From: Prasinococcaceae sp. CCMP 1430
Taxonomy: Eukaryota > Plantae > Prasinodermophyta
Direction: 5' to 3'
Length of the DNA stretch: 49,590 bases
Assembly: GCA_013416795.1 (NCBI GenBank)
Contig: RQSC01000030.1
Span: 1-49,590, forward strand
The notes under the pieces are model-generated. The model ran no database searches. It was not told the origin of the DNA and was given only the letters and a program-made list of their open reading frames with translations. The position numbers and the translations under genes are program-made. Within the stretch, counting starts at the first letter, position 1. The number at the start of each line of letters is the position of its first letter. Below are positions 1 through 10,330 of the stretch, piece after piece.

Positions 1-2
1 CC

Positions 3-1217
3 GCGGAGGGCGCGGCGAGCGCCCCCACGGTGTGCCTCGCGGGCCGCGACGCGGCGCGGCTGCAGGCGCTCGCGGGGGCGCTACCCGACCCTGTCGCCGG
101 CGTGGCCGTGGCTGACGTGGCCGATACCGCCGCGCTGGATGCGCTCTGCGCGCGTGCGCGCGTCGTCGTGAGCTGCGTGGGGCCGTACCGCCTGTGGGGT
201 GAACCCGTGGTCGCCGCGTGCGTGCGGGCGGGCACTGACTACGTCGACATCTCGGGCGAGCCCGAGTTCATCGAGCGCATGGAGCTGGCGTACGGGCAGG
301 CGGCGCGCGACGCTGGCTGCCTCATAGTGTCCGCGTGCGGCTTCGACAGCGTCCCTTGCGACCTCGGCACGCTGCTCACCGCGCGCGAGGTGCGCGAACG
401 CGCGGGCCCCGGCGGCGCCCCCGCCGGTGTCGAGGCGTACATCACGATTGGCACGGACGACGGCCGTTCGGTGGTCGGCAACTTTCCGACGTGGCAGTGC
501 GCCGTCATGGGCTTCGGCGCCTCGGGGGAGCTGCGCGCGCTGCGCAAACGGGCCAGGGGCGCGCTGCCTGTGCCGGTCATTGCTGGGCCCAAGATGGGCG
601 TGCGCCGCGGCTGGCACCAGCGTGCCGAGCTCCCCGGGCGCCACGCGTACCCTTTCCCGGGTTCGGACGCTTCCATCATTAAGCGCACGATGGCGTACCT
701 AGGCGCGCACCCGGCTGACGCCGAGCAGGGCTTTAAGCCCGTACACGCGGCCGTCTACCTCACGGTGTCCTCGGCGTGGTACAAGTTCCTCTTCAGCTGC
801 TATGGATGGCTCTTCGGCTTGCTGGCCTCAAAGAAGTGGGGGCGCAACCTGCTCCTGCGCTACTCCGCGCTCTTCTCCTACGGCGCGTTCACAGAAATGG
901 GGCCGACAGATGACGACATCGACCATACCACCGTGCGTGTCGACTTCTTCGGCACGGGCTACAGCACCGCGCCCAACGCAGAGGCGCCTCCAGGGCCACC
1001 GGACGTGAAGGTGCATTGCCAGCTCAACGGCCCCGAGCCCGGCTACGCGCTCTGCAGCCGCGTCTGTGCTGCGGCGGCGATGACTCTGGTCGACGACGAC
1101 GAACGCACGCGCGCTATGCCCGCGGGAGGCGTCGTTACCGCTGCAGCTGCCTTCGGGCGCACCCGCTTGATGGAGCGGTGCGCGAAGCGCGGGGTCACCT
1201 TTGAGGTGCTCGAGTGA
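3..1217 (+). CDS. SCCPDH: Saccharopine dehydrogenase-like oxidoreductase (5'-partial, begins before window)
   Basis: Frame is open from base 3. Motifs LAGRD, VVVSCVGPYRLWGEPVVAAC, DYVDISGEPEF, ACGFDSVPCDLG, GPEPGY and GGVVTAAAAFG are typical of the SCCPDH family. Stop TGA at 1215-1217. Confidence 0.9.
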   Translation, partial: AEGAASAPTVCLAGRDAARLQALAGALPDPVAGVAVADVADTAALDALCARARVVVSCVGPYRLWGEPVVAACVRAGTDYVDISGEPEFIERMELAYGQAARDAGCLIVSACGFDSVPCDLGTLLTAREVRERAGPGGAPAGVEAYITIGTDDGRSVVGNFPTWQCAVMGFGASGELRALRKRARGALPVPVIAGPKMGVRRGWHQRAELPGRHAYPFPGSDASIIKRTMAYLGAHPADAEQGFKPVHAAVYLTVSSAWYKFLFSCYGWLFGLLASKKWGRNLLLRYSALFSYGAFTEMGPTDDDIDHTTVRVDFFGTGYSTAPNAEAPPGPPDVKVHCQLNGPEPGYALCSRVCAAAAMTLVDDDERTRAMPAGGVVTAAAAFGRTRLMERCAKRGVTFEVLE

Positions 1218-1430
1218 ACGACGGTGCGCCCCAACGGGGCACGCGCGCAGATGTGCAAGCGGAGAGTCGAGTGCATGTGTGCTCAAGAGTGAGCTGCCTT
1301 TACCCCCATCTCTCTCTCTCCACCCTAAGTAATTTGAGCGTACTGTACGTACATATAATTGGTGTACGATCAAGTTCGCGCCGCGTCCACGCGCGCGACA
1401 ATGCGTCGTGCGTGTGCCCACGTTTGCGCT

Positions 1431-4400
1431 TCAACGAGCGCCGCGCGATGAAGCGCCGCTGCCACCGCTCGCAAGCGCTGCGACGGCATCCGCAATCCCG
1501 AAGGCGTTGCAGTAGTACGCGACGCCCACCGCCGCACTCGTCGCCGCCAACGCCAGCGCCTGTGATGAGCGCGAGGCGCCCTGCGTGCGCGCGAGATTCG
1601 CGCGCGCATCTGCAGCTTTGCCGGCGTCCTTATCAAACGAGCAAATGAAGTCGTGAATGAATTGCACATCGAACGCCGCCTCGCAGTACGCGAAGTAGAA
1701 GTCGTACTTGCGGATGAACTCGATCGGGTAGCCGAGCTCGAGCAGCTTCGACTCGTTGGCCAGCCAGCGCTTACGCCATTCCTGTGGAGGCAGACGCGAG
1801 CGAAAAGAGTGTGTCAGTCAATAAGTGGTTGTGCTCGCGAACTCTCACTTTCAGCCGCGTGAAGACAGCCGCCGGGTCGGAAGAGTGAGCGCAAGCGCAA
1901 GCGCGCACGCGCCAGCTGCTATTCGTACCCTGAGCGTGATCGCGTAGTCCTTGCCAATGTCGAGAGTCGCCGTGCGCGCCAGGCCATTGCGCGTGCACCA
2001 CTTGTCAAGCACATTGAGGCACGGCAGGTGGCCACCCGGGAAGATGTGCTCGCGGATGAAGTCCGAGCTCGCGCAATAGCTAGCGTAGTTTTGGTCCTTC
2101 ATCGAGATGACCTGCACCACGGCGCGGCCCCCGTCCTTGAGCAGCGCACCCAGACACCCGAAGTAGCTGGGCAGGTGCTCGTCACCAACCGCCTCGAGCA
2201 TCTCGCACGAGACAATGCGGTCAAACGAAGCCTTGCCCTCGGCGCCCTCGATGTGGCGGTAGTCCTGCAGACGGAACTCAACCAGGTGGTCCACGCCGGC
2301 GGCCTCGGCGCGCGCGCGCGCGACGGCGAGCTGCTCTTTGGACAGCGTGACACCGACCACGCGGCAGCCGATCCGCTGCGCGATGCGCACGCCCATGGAG
2401 CCCCAACCGCAGCCGATCTCAAGCACGCGGTGCGCGGGCAGCAGCCCGGCGCGGGCGATGATCTCATCGAGCTTGCGGAGCTGCGATAGCTCGAGCTCAT
2501 CATGGGCAGAGCTCTGGCCGGCGAGGCCGCCCTTCGCGAGGGAAGGCTTGTCAAATGGCCCACTGATAGGCCAGTGTCTCCTGGGCAGCTGCGCGAGCGT
2601 GCCCGTTTCTTCGTCAACAATGGGACTCGCTAGCCCCGGCGTTCCATCGCGGGCGGGCGCCGTGTCTGTGATGCCACTCGAGTACGTCATCGTGCGATCC
2701 AAGAAGAGCGCGTACATCGGATTGCCCGCATCGTAGTGGTACGAAATGTTGCGGCGGGAGTTTTCCACGGTGTTGGTGCGCGTGGCGTGGCGCAGGTGGG
2801 CCAGCGTGGCTCCCATCCACTGGAAGGCGCCCAGCACGCCGAGCGCGTCACGCGCGGCATCCGCATTGGCGGACATGACATTCATCAGATCGATCAGCGA
2901 GGGCGTCCAGATCTGGCCTTCAATGTACGCCTCGCCCAGGCCGATGTCAACCTCCTTGACGATGCGCACCAGTGCCTGCGCGTCGAGGACGCGCATGACG
3001 GCCGCCCACGGCGCGTCGGGGGTCGTTTCGCCAACGCTGAACTCGTGGCCGGTCGGAAGGATCACGCGCAGCGAGCCCTTCTTGATACACGTGCGGCAAA
3101 AGGCCTCGAAGAGCTGCTTGCAGCGCGCCTGCATGAAGTTCATGCGTGGGCTGAGGGAACGCGCAAGCACGCTACCCTCCCACGGCACGCTCGCGCCCAG
3201 GCCCTTGGCAGCGGCCATTCCGGCCTTGAGGCCGTCCTCGTGGAAGCCGTACCCGCACCACGCGCCCGCGAGCCACACGCCGCCCGTGCCATTCACGCGT
3301 GCTAGCGCCGCCTGCGCAGCGGGCGCGCGTTCGGTGAAGACGGGGTGATCCAAGCGCAAGCGGCGCAACACTTTGTCATCCGCCGGCGCGTGCGTCGGAT
3401 TGAGCGTACAGAAAAGGTCGCGCGTGCCCTCGGGGTAGTTTTGGAGGCGATTCAGCCAGTACGAGACGCACACGGCGCCCTTCGAGGCGGCGCCGTCGTT
3501 GGCACCAGCGCGCTCGAGACAGTTCCAGCTCGCCCAGCATTTCCTCGAGCGCGGCATGAGGCTCGCATCCGTGTGCAGGTACACGTCGTTCGACGAGTAG
3601 GGGATGTCGGAAAGGAGCGCCTTCTCGTCGGGCGTAGCGCCTGTGCCGGCTTCGAGCAGTCGCAGCGACACGTCGGTGTGCGTCGCGAGGACGCACGCGT
3701 CGAACGCGCGCGTCTCTGCGGCGCCGCCCGCGCGGCGGCACGTGAGCTTCACGCCGGTGTCACCCGACGCGGAGCGGCTCACGCTCTCGACCGAGACGCC
3801 CGTGTGGACGCTGTCGGCCGGGAGCTCGGCCCTGATGGCCTTGACGTACTCGCGGCTGCGCCCCTTCACCACGCGCCAGAGCGGCCGCTCGGTGAGCGAG
3901 AGCAGGTGGTGGTTCACCCAGAAGCGCACGAGCATGCGCACGGGGAAGCGCAGTACCTGCGCGTTGGGCGCCGACCAGATGGAGGCGCACATGGGCAGCA
4001 GGTAGCGATACGTGAAGACCTCGGAGTAGCCTTCCGCCTTGAGGTAGTCGCCGAGCGTCGCCTCGGCGTACTTCGATCCGTCCTGAAGCACGCGCGGCGC
4101 GGCGGCGTTGAAGCGCAGGACGTCGGCGAGCATGCGCCAGTGCAGCGGGTCGAGCGCGGTGCGCAGCGTCGGAAAGACGCTGCCGAGGCCGTGGCTCGCC
4201 CACTCGACGGCGCCCCCGACGACGCTCAGCGCGAAGCTCATGTCGCTCTCCTCGCTGTCCACGCCGAGCTCCTCCAGCAGCCCCACCATGTTGGGATAGT
4301 TGGTCAGGTTGAACACCTGAAAGCCGAGGTCTGCGGGCACGCCCGCGGCGTCATCGGTGAGCGTGTGCCCCCCGAGCACCTCTTCGCGTTCAAAGAGCTC

Positions 4401-4619
4401 CACGTCGTGCCCCGCGCGATGCAGCAGCCACGCCGCGCTCAGCCCGGAGATGCCGGCGCCGACGACGGCGACCGAGCGGCATCCATCGGCGGGGCCTGCG
4501 GCAGCAGCGCTCCCCCCGGCGGCGGCGCTGCCACCCGTGGCCGTGGAGCGCGACGCCGCTGCGGCGGCAATCTCCGCGGGCGTCACGTTGTGGCTCCCCT
4601 TGCCCTCGCCCTTGCCCAT
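1431..4619 (-). CDS. FAD-dependent amine-oxidase-like domain fused to cyclopropane-fatty-acyl-phospholipid synthase (SAM methyltransferase); exons 4619-1929 and 1781-1431
   Basis: N-terminal GAGISGLSAA Rossmann motif, DLGFQVFN and YGFHEDGL. C-terminal NISYHYDAGN, VLEIGCGWG, VGVTLSKEQ, FIREHIFPGG. Intron 1928-1782 (GTACGA...CACAG, 147 nt) restores TLR|EWRKRW...FIRKYDFYFAYCEAAF. ATG at 4619. Confidence 0.9.
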
Positions 4620-4691
4620 GGCTGCCGGCGCGCACCCGCGGCCCCCTCGCGAGGACTTCGGGCAGCGCCGCGGCACGCCCGCGCCCGCCCC

Positions 4692-4692
4692 N
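4692..4692. other. Single-N assembly junction (others at 20901 and 47253)
   Basis: Seen directly. Sequence character changes across 4692 and 47253. Confidence 0.95.
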
Positions 4693-4960
4693 GAGGACGA
4701 GAGGCTCGATGCTCACGAGGTGGCCGAGCTTCGCGAGCGGCTGGACCTCGACCAAGAATCGTTCTCGCAGAGCGTCGCGGCGGAGCAGGGTCTCGACCGC
4801 GCGCAGGTGCTCCCTCCGAGGCGGCGCCGTGGGCGCGCCACATCCACACCCACATCCCAATCCACCCTCCCAAAGCCCTCGCCGGCGGGCGGGGGGACGC
4901 ACCTCGGCCACGCCGACGCCGACGCCGGCGCGCGGCCCAGGTTTGGGGTTTTAGTACGGT

Positions 4961-4968
4961 TAGGGTTT
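4961..4968 (-). promoter_or_regulatory. Telo-box-like element (AAACCCTA)
   Basis: TTAGGGTTT at 4960-4968 lies between the divergent CFA and esterase starts. It matches the plant telo-box. Function is inferred. Confidence 0.4.
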
Positions 4969-5135
4969 GGATGCGAGCTCGAGCTAGCCAGAGCTGCACT
5001 CATCGAGGCGAGGATCGAGGGCGCGCGCGCGTGGCGGCGCGGGCCCGAGCGAGAGCCTCGCGGCGGGCGCTAGCGCGGGGATGACGACTACGACGAGCCG
5101 CGCGACGCGAGCGCGGCCCGGGCGCCGCGCTCGGC

Positions 5136-6644
5136 GTGCTCACCAAGGCGCTGCCCATGATAGGCTCCGAGCTGCTCGGCACGGTGTCAATGGTGCCCTA
5201 CGGCGTGCGCGCGGCGCGAGCGCGGCGGCGCGCCGCGCGCGAGGGCCGCCTGCTCGAGCGGCGGTACGGCCCCAAGGAGAAGAACGTCATGGATGTCTAT
5301 CTGCCGCCGGGCCACGTGATGGGGGCCACGGCCACGGGCGACGCGCTGGCCCGCCGGAGAGGCGATGGCGGCCCACCGATCGTCCTGTTCGTGCCGGGGG
5401 GGATCTGGGTCAACTGTGACGCGTGGCAGTACTCCGTGCTCGCCTCCAGGCTGGCAGGCGAGGGCTCAATCGCGGCGGTCATGGAATACACGACGTACCC
5501 CACGGCGCTGGCCGACGAGATGTCGCGTGAGGTGGGCGCCGCGCTCGACTGGCTACAGAGGCACAGCGCGTCGTTGGGGGCGAGCCCCGACCGCGTGATG
5601 CTCATGGCGCACTCGGCGGGCTGCCAGCTCGCGGCGACCGAGATCCTGCGGAGGGCGCTGTTGCACGCGCAAGCGCCGGGGCGCGCAGACGCGCGAGCAC
5701 AAGCTCCGCTCGAGCAGCGAGCAGACGCTGACCGAGGTGGGTCAGTCATCGACGCGGAAACGGGGGGGGGGGCGCTGCCGCGGCAGCCCACATTGTTCGT
5801 CGGCATGAGCGGCGTGTACGACATCCACGCTCACTTCGAGCACGAGCTCTCGCGTGGCGTGGCACACGTGTCCACGATGAAGCCCGCCTGCGGTGGGCAC
5901 GAGGGCTTCGATGACGCCAGCCCGGCGATCCGGATGCGGAAGGTGCGCGCACCTGCGCGCGCGGACGCGTGAGCGCTGCTCGCGAGCTCGCGCGTGCCTC
6001 CGGTGGCATGCACTGGTGACTGCTCGCCAAGCGCCGTCCGTGCTGACCGTCGCCTCCCGCTCGCGTCGTCCCTCCTCCGCGCTCGGCAGCTCGCGGAGGA
6101 GGATTCGGCGCCCGCGGTCGCACTTCGCGAGGCGCTGTGCCTCGCGCTGCCTCGCACCGTGCTGCTGTCGAGCACCGCAGATGTGGTTGTGCCTCCCACC
6201 GCCAGCGAGCGCCTGGCGGACGCCTACCAATGCGTCGGTGCCGCGCCTAAGCTGACGCACCTCGCGTACGATGGCATATGCCATGGTGATTTCGCTGTCG
6301 GCTGGGACGCGGGGGCGCCGCAGTGCGGCGGCGCTGCAGCGCTCGCAGAAGAGCCTCTGCTCGTCGATGCGCGGCGCACGCGACTGGCGCGGGCCCGGCG
6401 TGATGCTCTTTGCGGAGGGGTGCAAACGGCGCGAGCGGCGGCCCACGAAGAGAGTGCGAAAGCTGCTGACGCTGACAAGACGCTGGCACCCGTCGAGGAT
6501 GTGCTCGCGATCGTGCTTGGCTCCACACCCGTGTCTGCGGTGCCGCCGGGTCGGATCAATGCGCGCAGCGCCAATGCCAGCACTGAGCCTGCGACTGCGC
6601 GAGCATCGACTGCCTCGGGTGGTTCGACCGACTCCACCCCCTGA
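5136..6644 (+). CDS. Alpha/beta hydrolase, isoprenylcysteine methylesterase (ICME)-like; intron 5943-6089; start uncertain (ATG 5157 or an upstream exon)
   Basis: RYGPKEKNVMDVYLP, VLFVPGG, YTTYP, nucleophile AHSAG, MSGVYDI..H, STADVVVP and YDGICHGDF give a Ser/Asp/His triad. GTGCGC...GCTGAC...GGCAG intron in phase 0. Confidence 0.8.
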
Positions 6645-7046
6645 GCGCGGCAAGCGTTGCACTTCTGTAATAACAATGTTCGGCCGCAGTTGACCGCGGG
6701 CACCCTTCGTCTGTGAGCCATCGCGAGCATGTCCTTCGGCTGTGCAGCACCCTCTTGCCCCCACCGTGGCTCCCACGCGCCGCGCTGCGCGGTGACGCCT
6801 GGGAGAACTGGCGTGCCACCGAAACGACGACGGAACCTGATTTCGGCCGCGCGTGGTCCCGTTTTTTTTTTGGTTTTCGCGCGTGCGCGCGGCGCCCTGC
6901 GGCCGCGGCCACACTGCACGCGCGGGGCAGCACGCCTCCGCGGCAGCGGCGCCGCAGTCGCGCTCGCAGGAGGGGCGCGGGGAAAGGGGGAGGGGCGTGC
7001 GGTTGCCTGAATCGGACTCCCAGGAAGGACTTCACCCGCCGCCGCG

Positions 7047-8324
7047 ATGGTCCGCGTGGAGGGCGCCGAGTGCCAGCTGCCCATCGCCTTCGGCACGGTT
7101 GCGTTCTACATGGGCAAGAAGGCCACCGAGAACAACTCACACAAGTGGACGGTGTACCTGCGCGGCGCGGGTGGCGAGGACGTCGACCTCAGCCACGTCG
7201 TCTCTAAGGTCGTGTTTGGGCTGCACCCGAGTTTCAAGCAGCCACAGCGGGGTGCGGGCGCCGCGAGGAAGCGCGCGTGCGTGGGCGATCCTGTGGCGCG
7301 GCACACAAAGCGGAGCGAGTGCCCAGTGCTCGCACGCGCGCGTGCCGCAGCCTGCTCTGCATACAAGTGGGGCTCGCTGACGCCTAGCGATCCGCCCATT
7401 TCTATCCATGTGCGCGCGCGATGTGGATCGAACTCCTCTCTTCCCCGTGCCCGCCCGTCCTCTCACCCCCTCGCTCTCTCATGCAGTGATCGAGTCTCCG
7501 CCGTACGAGGTGACCGAGATGGGCTGGGGAGAGTTTGAGATTACCATCACGGTGCACTTCCATGCCGACGCCAACGAGAAGCCGCTGGTGCGTGGTGCCG
7601 ACGCCAGTGGTGCCACGGGGGCGTCGCGACTGACTCAGGGCGGGGGGATGCATTTCCGCCGTGCGAGCGTGCCGTTGCGCAGTGCCAACCCTAAGTGCTG
7701 ACGCGCTCCCGTTCGCTCGCTCGCGCGTTTCCATGCGCTCGATGACCCGCCTGCCCTCGTTCGCTTGGCCCTGTCGTAGGAGCTCACGCACGCGCTGAAG
7801 CTGTACGAAGATGGTTTCCAACAGGGCGCCGCGCAGAGCACAAAGAAACCCGTCGTGAGTGAGAAGTACGACGAGGTGGTCTTCCTTCACCCTGAGGAGA
7901 CCTTCCACAGCCGCATGGAGAATCATGTGCCGGTGCCGCTTGCCAACCCGAGCTCACTTTCAGCCCACTTTCCTGAGGTGCGTGTATGCGGTCGTGTGGG
8001 TGCACAGAGCTGCGTGGGCGTTCGAGCGTTTGCACGTCTGTGCTGGTGCCCTGGCTGCTGCGCATGTGCGACTGCAGCGCGCGCCCTTGACGAATCCGGG
8101 CGACAGCGCCCGGCGCGTTTCCGCACGGTGCTCACACTGACATGCTCACATGCGCCCTCGCGTACTCTGCGCACGATCTCGCGCGCATTTTGCAGCACGT
8201 CGACCGCGACGAGCTCGTGCTCATCGACGACGCGCGGCGAAAGATTGCCGAGCAAAAGGCCGAGCTTGAGCAGCAGATCGAGGCTGTCGACGCCGAGGTC
8301 AGGAAAATCAAGGGCGTCGTGTGA
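7047..8324 (+). CDS. GAS41: YEATS-domain protein (GAS41/Yaf9); exons 7047-7251, 7487-7587, 7780-7977, 8196-8324
   Basis: [40 protein letters not shown] and SEKYDEVVF, followed by a C-terminal coiled coil. Three canonical GT-AG introns give one continuous frame. Confidence 0.92.
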
Positions 8325-8430
8325 GGCCGGGCGTGCATGGCAAGCTGTCGCGCGCGCGGCCCTAGCGAGTCCCGCCATTGCGCGAGCGAGCGACGCAAAT
8401 GTATCATAAATGAGTACTATCCTACACAAT

Positions 8431-10077
8431 TTATGGCGACGATGCCATCCTCCTCTGCTCAGAGTTGGCGAGGCGATCTCGCTCCCTATGCTTTCGCTCC
8501 TTGGCGACGTACGTGATCGCGAGTGACGCGAGCACGAAGGCGAAGCCTGCCACGTAAGCAGAGTTGATCGACTTCCGGAAGAACACGAAGGAGAGGCTGA
8601 TGGAGAACACCTTCCTGCACGACTTGACGATTTCCGCGTCAGTGGCGCTGAAGTTCCGTATGAGAAGCAGAATCGCGTTGACCGACATGTACCCCACGAT
8701 CGCTGCGCTCAGGATGCGCGCGGGCACTGCGGGGTTCTCCCACGAGTGCATGAGCGCGGGCCAGAGCTCGCCACTCGTTGCGGTTGTGCACAGGCCGATC
8801 AGGGTCGAGAACGACGACGTGTAGCACAGCAGCTCAGCATGGCACGCCGGATTCGGTACCTTGAAGAGTACCCTCTCCTCGAAGACGCCCGTACCCGCAT
8901 CGATCGCCACGGCCACGCAGATGAGCACGATTCCGACCGCATTGAAGCTCTCCGCGCGCATCACTCTGTCGCCCAGCGAGAATTCAATGACGCCGAAAAC
9001 GAGCAGCGTAGCTGCCAGCCACTCAGGCAGCGTGTACAGCTTCAACAAGCGGCCCATGCCACCGCCACCGCCGCGCACGGCTGATGAAAGCGAGCTGAAC
9101 AGCATGACTGGGATGACTTTAGAGCTCTTGGCGACGATGCGCGTGGTATAGTCGATGTATGACAAGCTCAAGTTGGTGCAATACATCCCTGCGAACGTAA
9201 GCATGGACAGACACAGGTACGCAAAGACTCGCCGCCCGGCGAAGAAGCTGCTGCAGCCAGAAGCTCCGGTGCGCTGCACAGAAGAGGATGGCATCGTTGA
9301 ATTCCCACCATGACCAGAAGTCGTGGGGCGCTGTTGTTTCGCGGACGTCGTAACCCCCGGCAAAGCACCGTCGCCAGCGCCAATGATCGCGACGGTGCGG
9401 GCGGCGGCCTGCGCGCCGCGCCCCTTGACAGTCATCTCGGCCATTCCACAGAGCGCGTACGCAGCGCTTGTCAGCACTGTCATCCAGCCGAAGTACTTGA
9501 AGTCCGGCATGCGTGTGACACCCTCTTGAAGAAGTGCAAACGCCACACTGCAGGTCGTGGCAAGCGTGGCCAACAGCAAGAATTGCGTCTGCCTCCCTGT
9601 TTTCACGGGGATCACGCCAAATAATATCAGAGGCGGGGCAGAGGCGGAGGGCGGGCCGCTTCCATAGAGATTATACTGACGGTGCTTGGCGGTGAGCTCC
9701 TTGTCGCCGTCGTACGGACGATGAATGTGCTCACACTCTATGATGTGCTGCTGGCTGCTGTTGAGACCGTGGCGACTTGTCTCTGTCACCTCGACGTCGG
9801 TGGGCGCAAAGCCCTCTCCGGGAGCCCCGTCACTCAGGCTACTCCTGGGACTGGCATCGGACCTGTTGCCACCCCTCACGCAACGCTCTGGCGAGGCTGA
9901 GGCACCCACGAGACTGCGAGATGCGCCGCCGTCGGCAGTCGCAACCTTCCCGCCGCCATTACTGCCCACTTCGAATACTACCCCGCCGCCGTGAGGCCCG
10001 CGACCTTCTGCGGCAGCTGCGGCGGCAGCGCTGCCGTCGCTGGGCGCGGCCTGCGCAAACAAAGAGCCCGGCAACAT
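8431..10077 (-). CDS. UAA-family nucleotide-sugar/PAPS transporter (SLC35B3/UTR2-4-like), single exon
   Basis: About 10 hydrophobic segments. LLQEGV, TNLSLSYIDYTTRIVAKSSKVIPVM, GVFEERVLF and VKSCRKVFSISLSFVFFRK. ATG at 10077. Confidence 0.88.
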   Translation of the reverse strand: MLPGSLFAQAAPSDGSAAAAAAAEGRGPHGGGVVFEVGSNGGGKVATADGGASRSLVGASASPERCVRGGNRSDASPRSSLSDGAPGEGFAPTDVEVTETSRHGLNSSQQHIIECEHIHRPYDGDKELTAKHRQYNLYGSGPPSASAPPLILFGVIPVKTGRQTQFLLLATLATTCSVAFALLQEGVTRMPDFKYFGWMTVLTSAAYALCGMAEMTVKGRGAQAAARTVAIIGAGDGALPGVTTSAKQQRPTTSGHGGNSTMPSSSVQRTGASGCSSFFAGRRVFAYLCLSMLTFAGMYCTNLSLSYIDYTTRIVAKSSKVIPVMLFSSLSSAVRGGGGGMGRLLKLYTLPEWLAATLLVFGVIEFSLGDRVMRAESFNAVGIVLICVAVAIDAGTGVFEERVLFKVPNPACHAELLCYTSSFSTLIGLCTTATSGELWPALMHSWENPAVPARILSAAIVGYMSVNAILLLIRNFSATDAEIVKSCRKVFSISLSFVFFRKSINSAYVAGFAFVLASLAITYVAKERKHRERDRLANSEQRRMASSP

Positions 10078-10330
10078 GCCCCTGCGCCGAGCCCGCAACC
10101 CCCTCTGCGGCCGGTGCGCGCCGTGCGCGCACTGTGCCGCGGCACCCGCGCCTCCCCGCTCCTTCCTCGCTCCTCGGGGCGCGTGGCGCGTGCGTGCACT
10201 GGCAGATGCGGTGCATGAGCCACCTTCATTGATTTGACCTGCCTGATTGATGTCCTGTTCAAATTAAAAAAAAATCAGATCGCCATCAATCTGAATGCAC
10301 TTTGCACGCATGCGCTTGGCGTCGTAGTGG

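Noticed and set aside
3345-5084. 579-aa plus-strand ORF
   Set aside because: Antisense of the CFA fusion gene and crosses an N. Arg/Ala-rich with no family signal.
6666-6670. TGTAA (Chlamydomonas-type) poly(A) signal after the esterase, also at about 45497
   Set aside because: Not found consistently downstream of the other genes, so it is not supported as the signal here.
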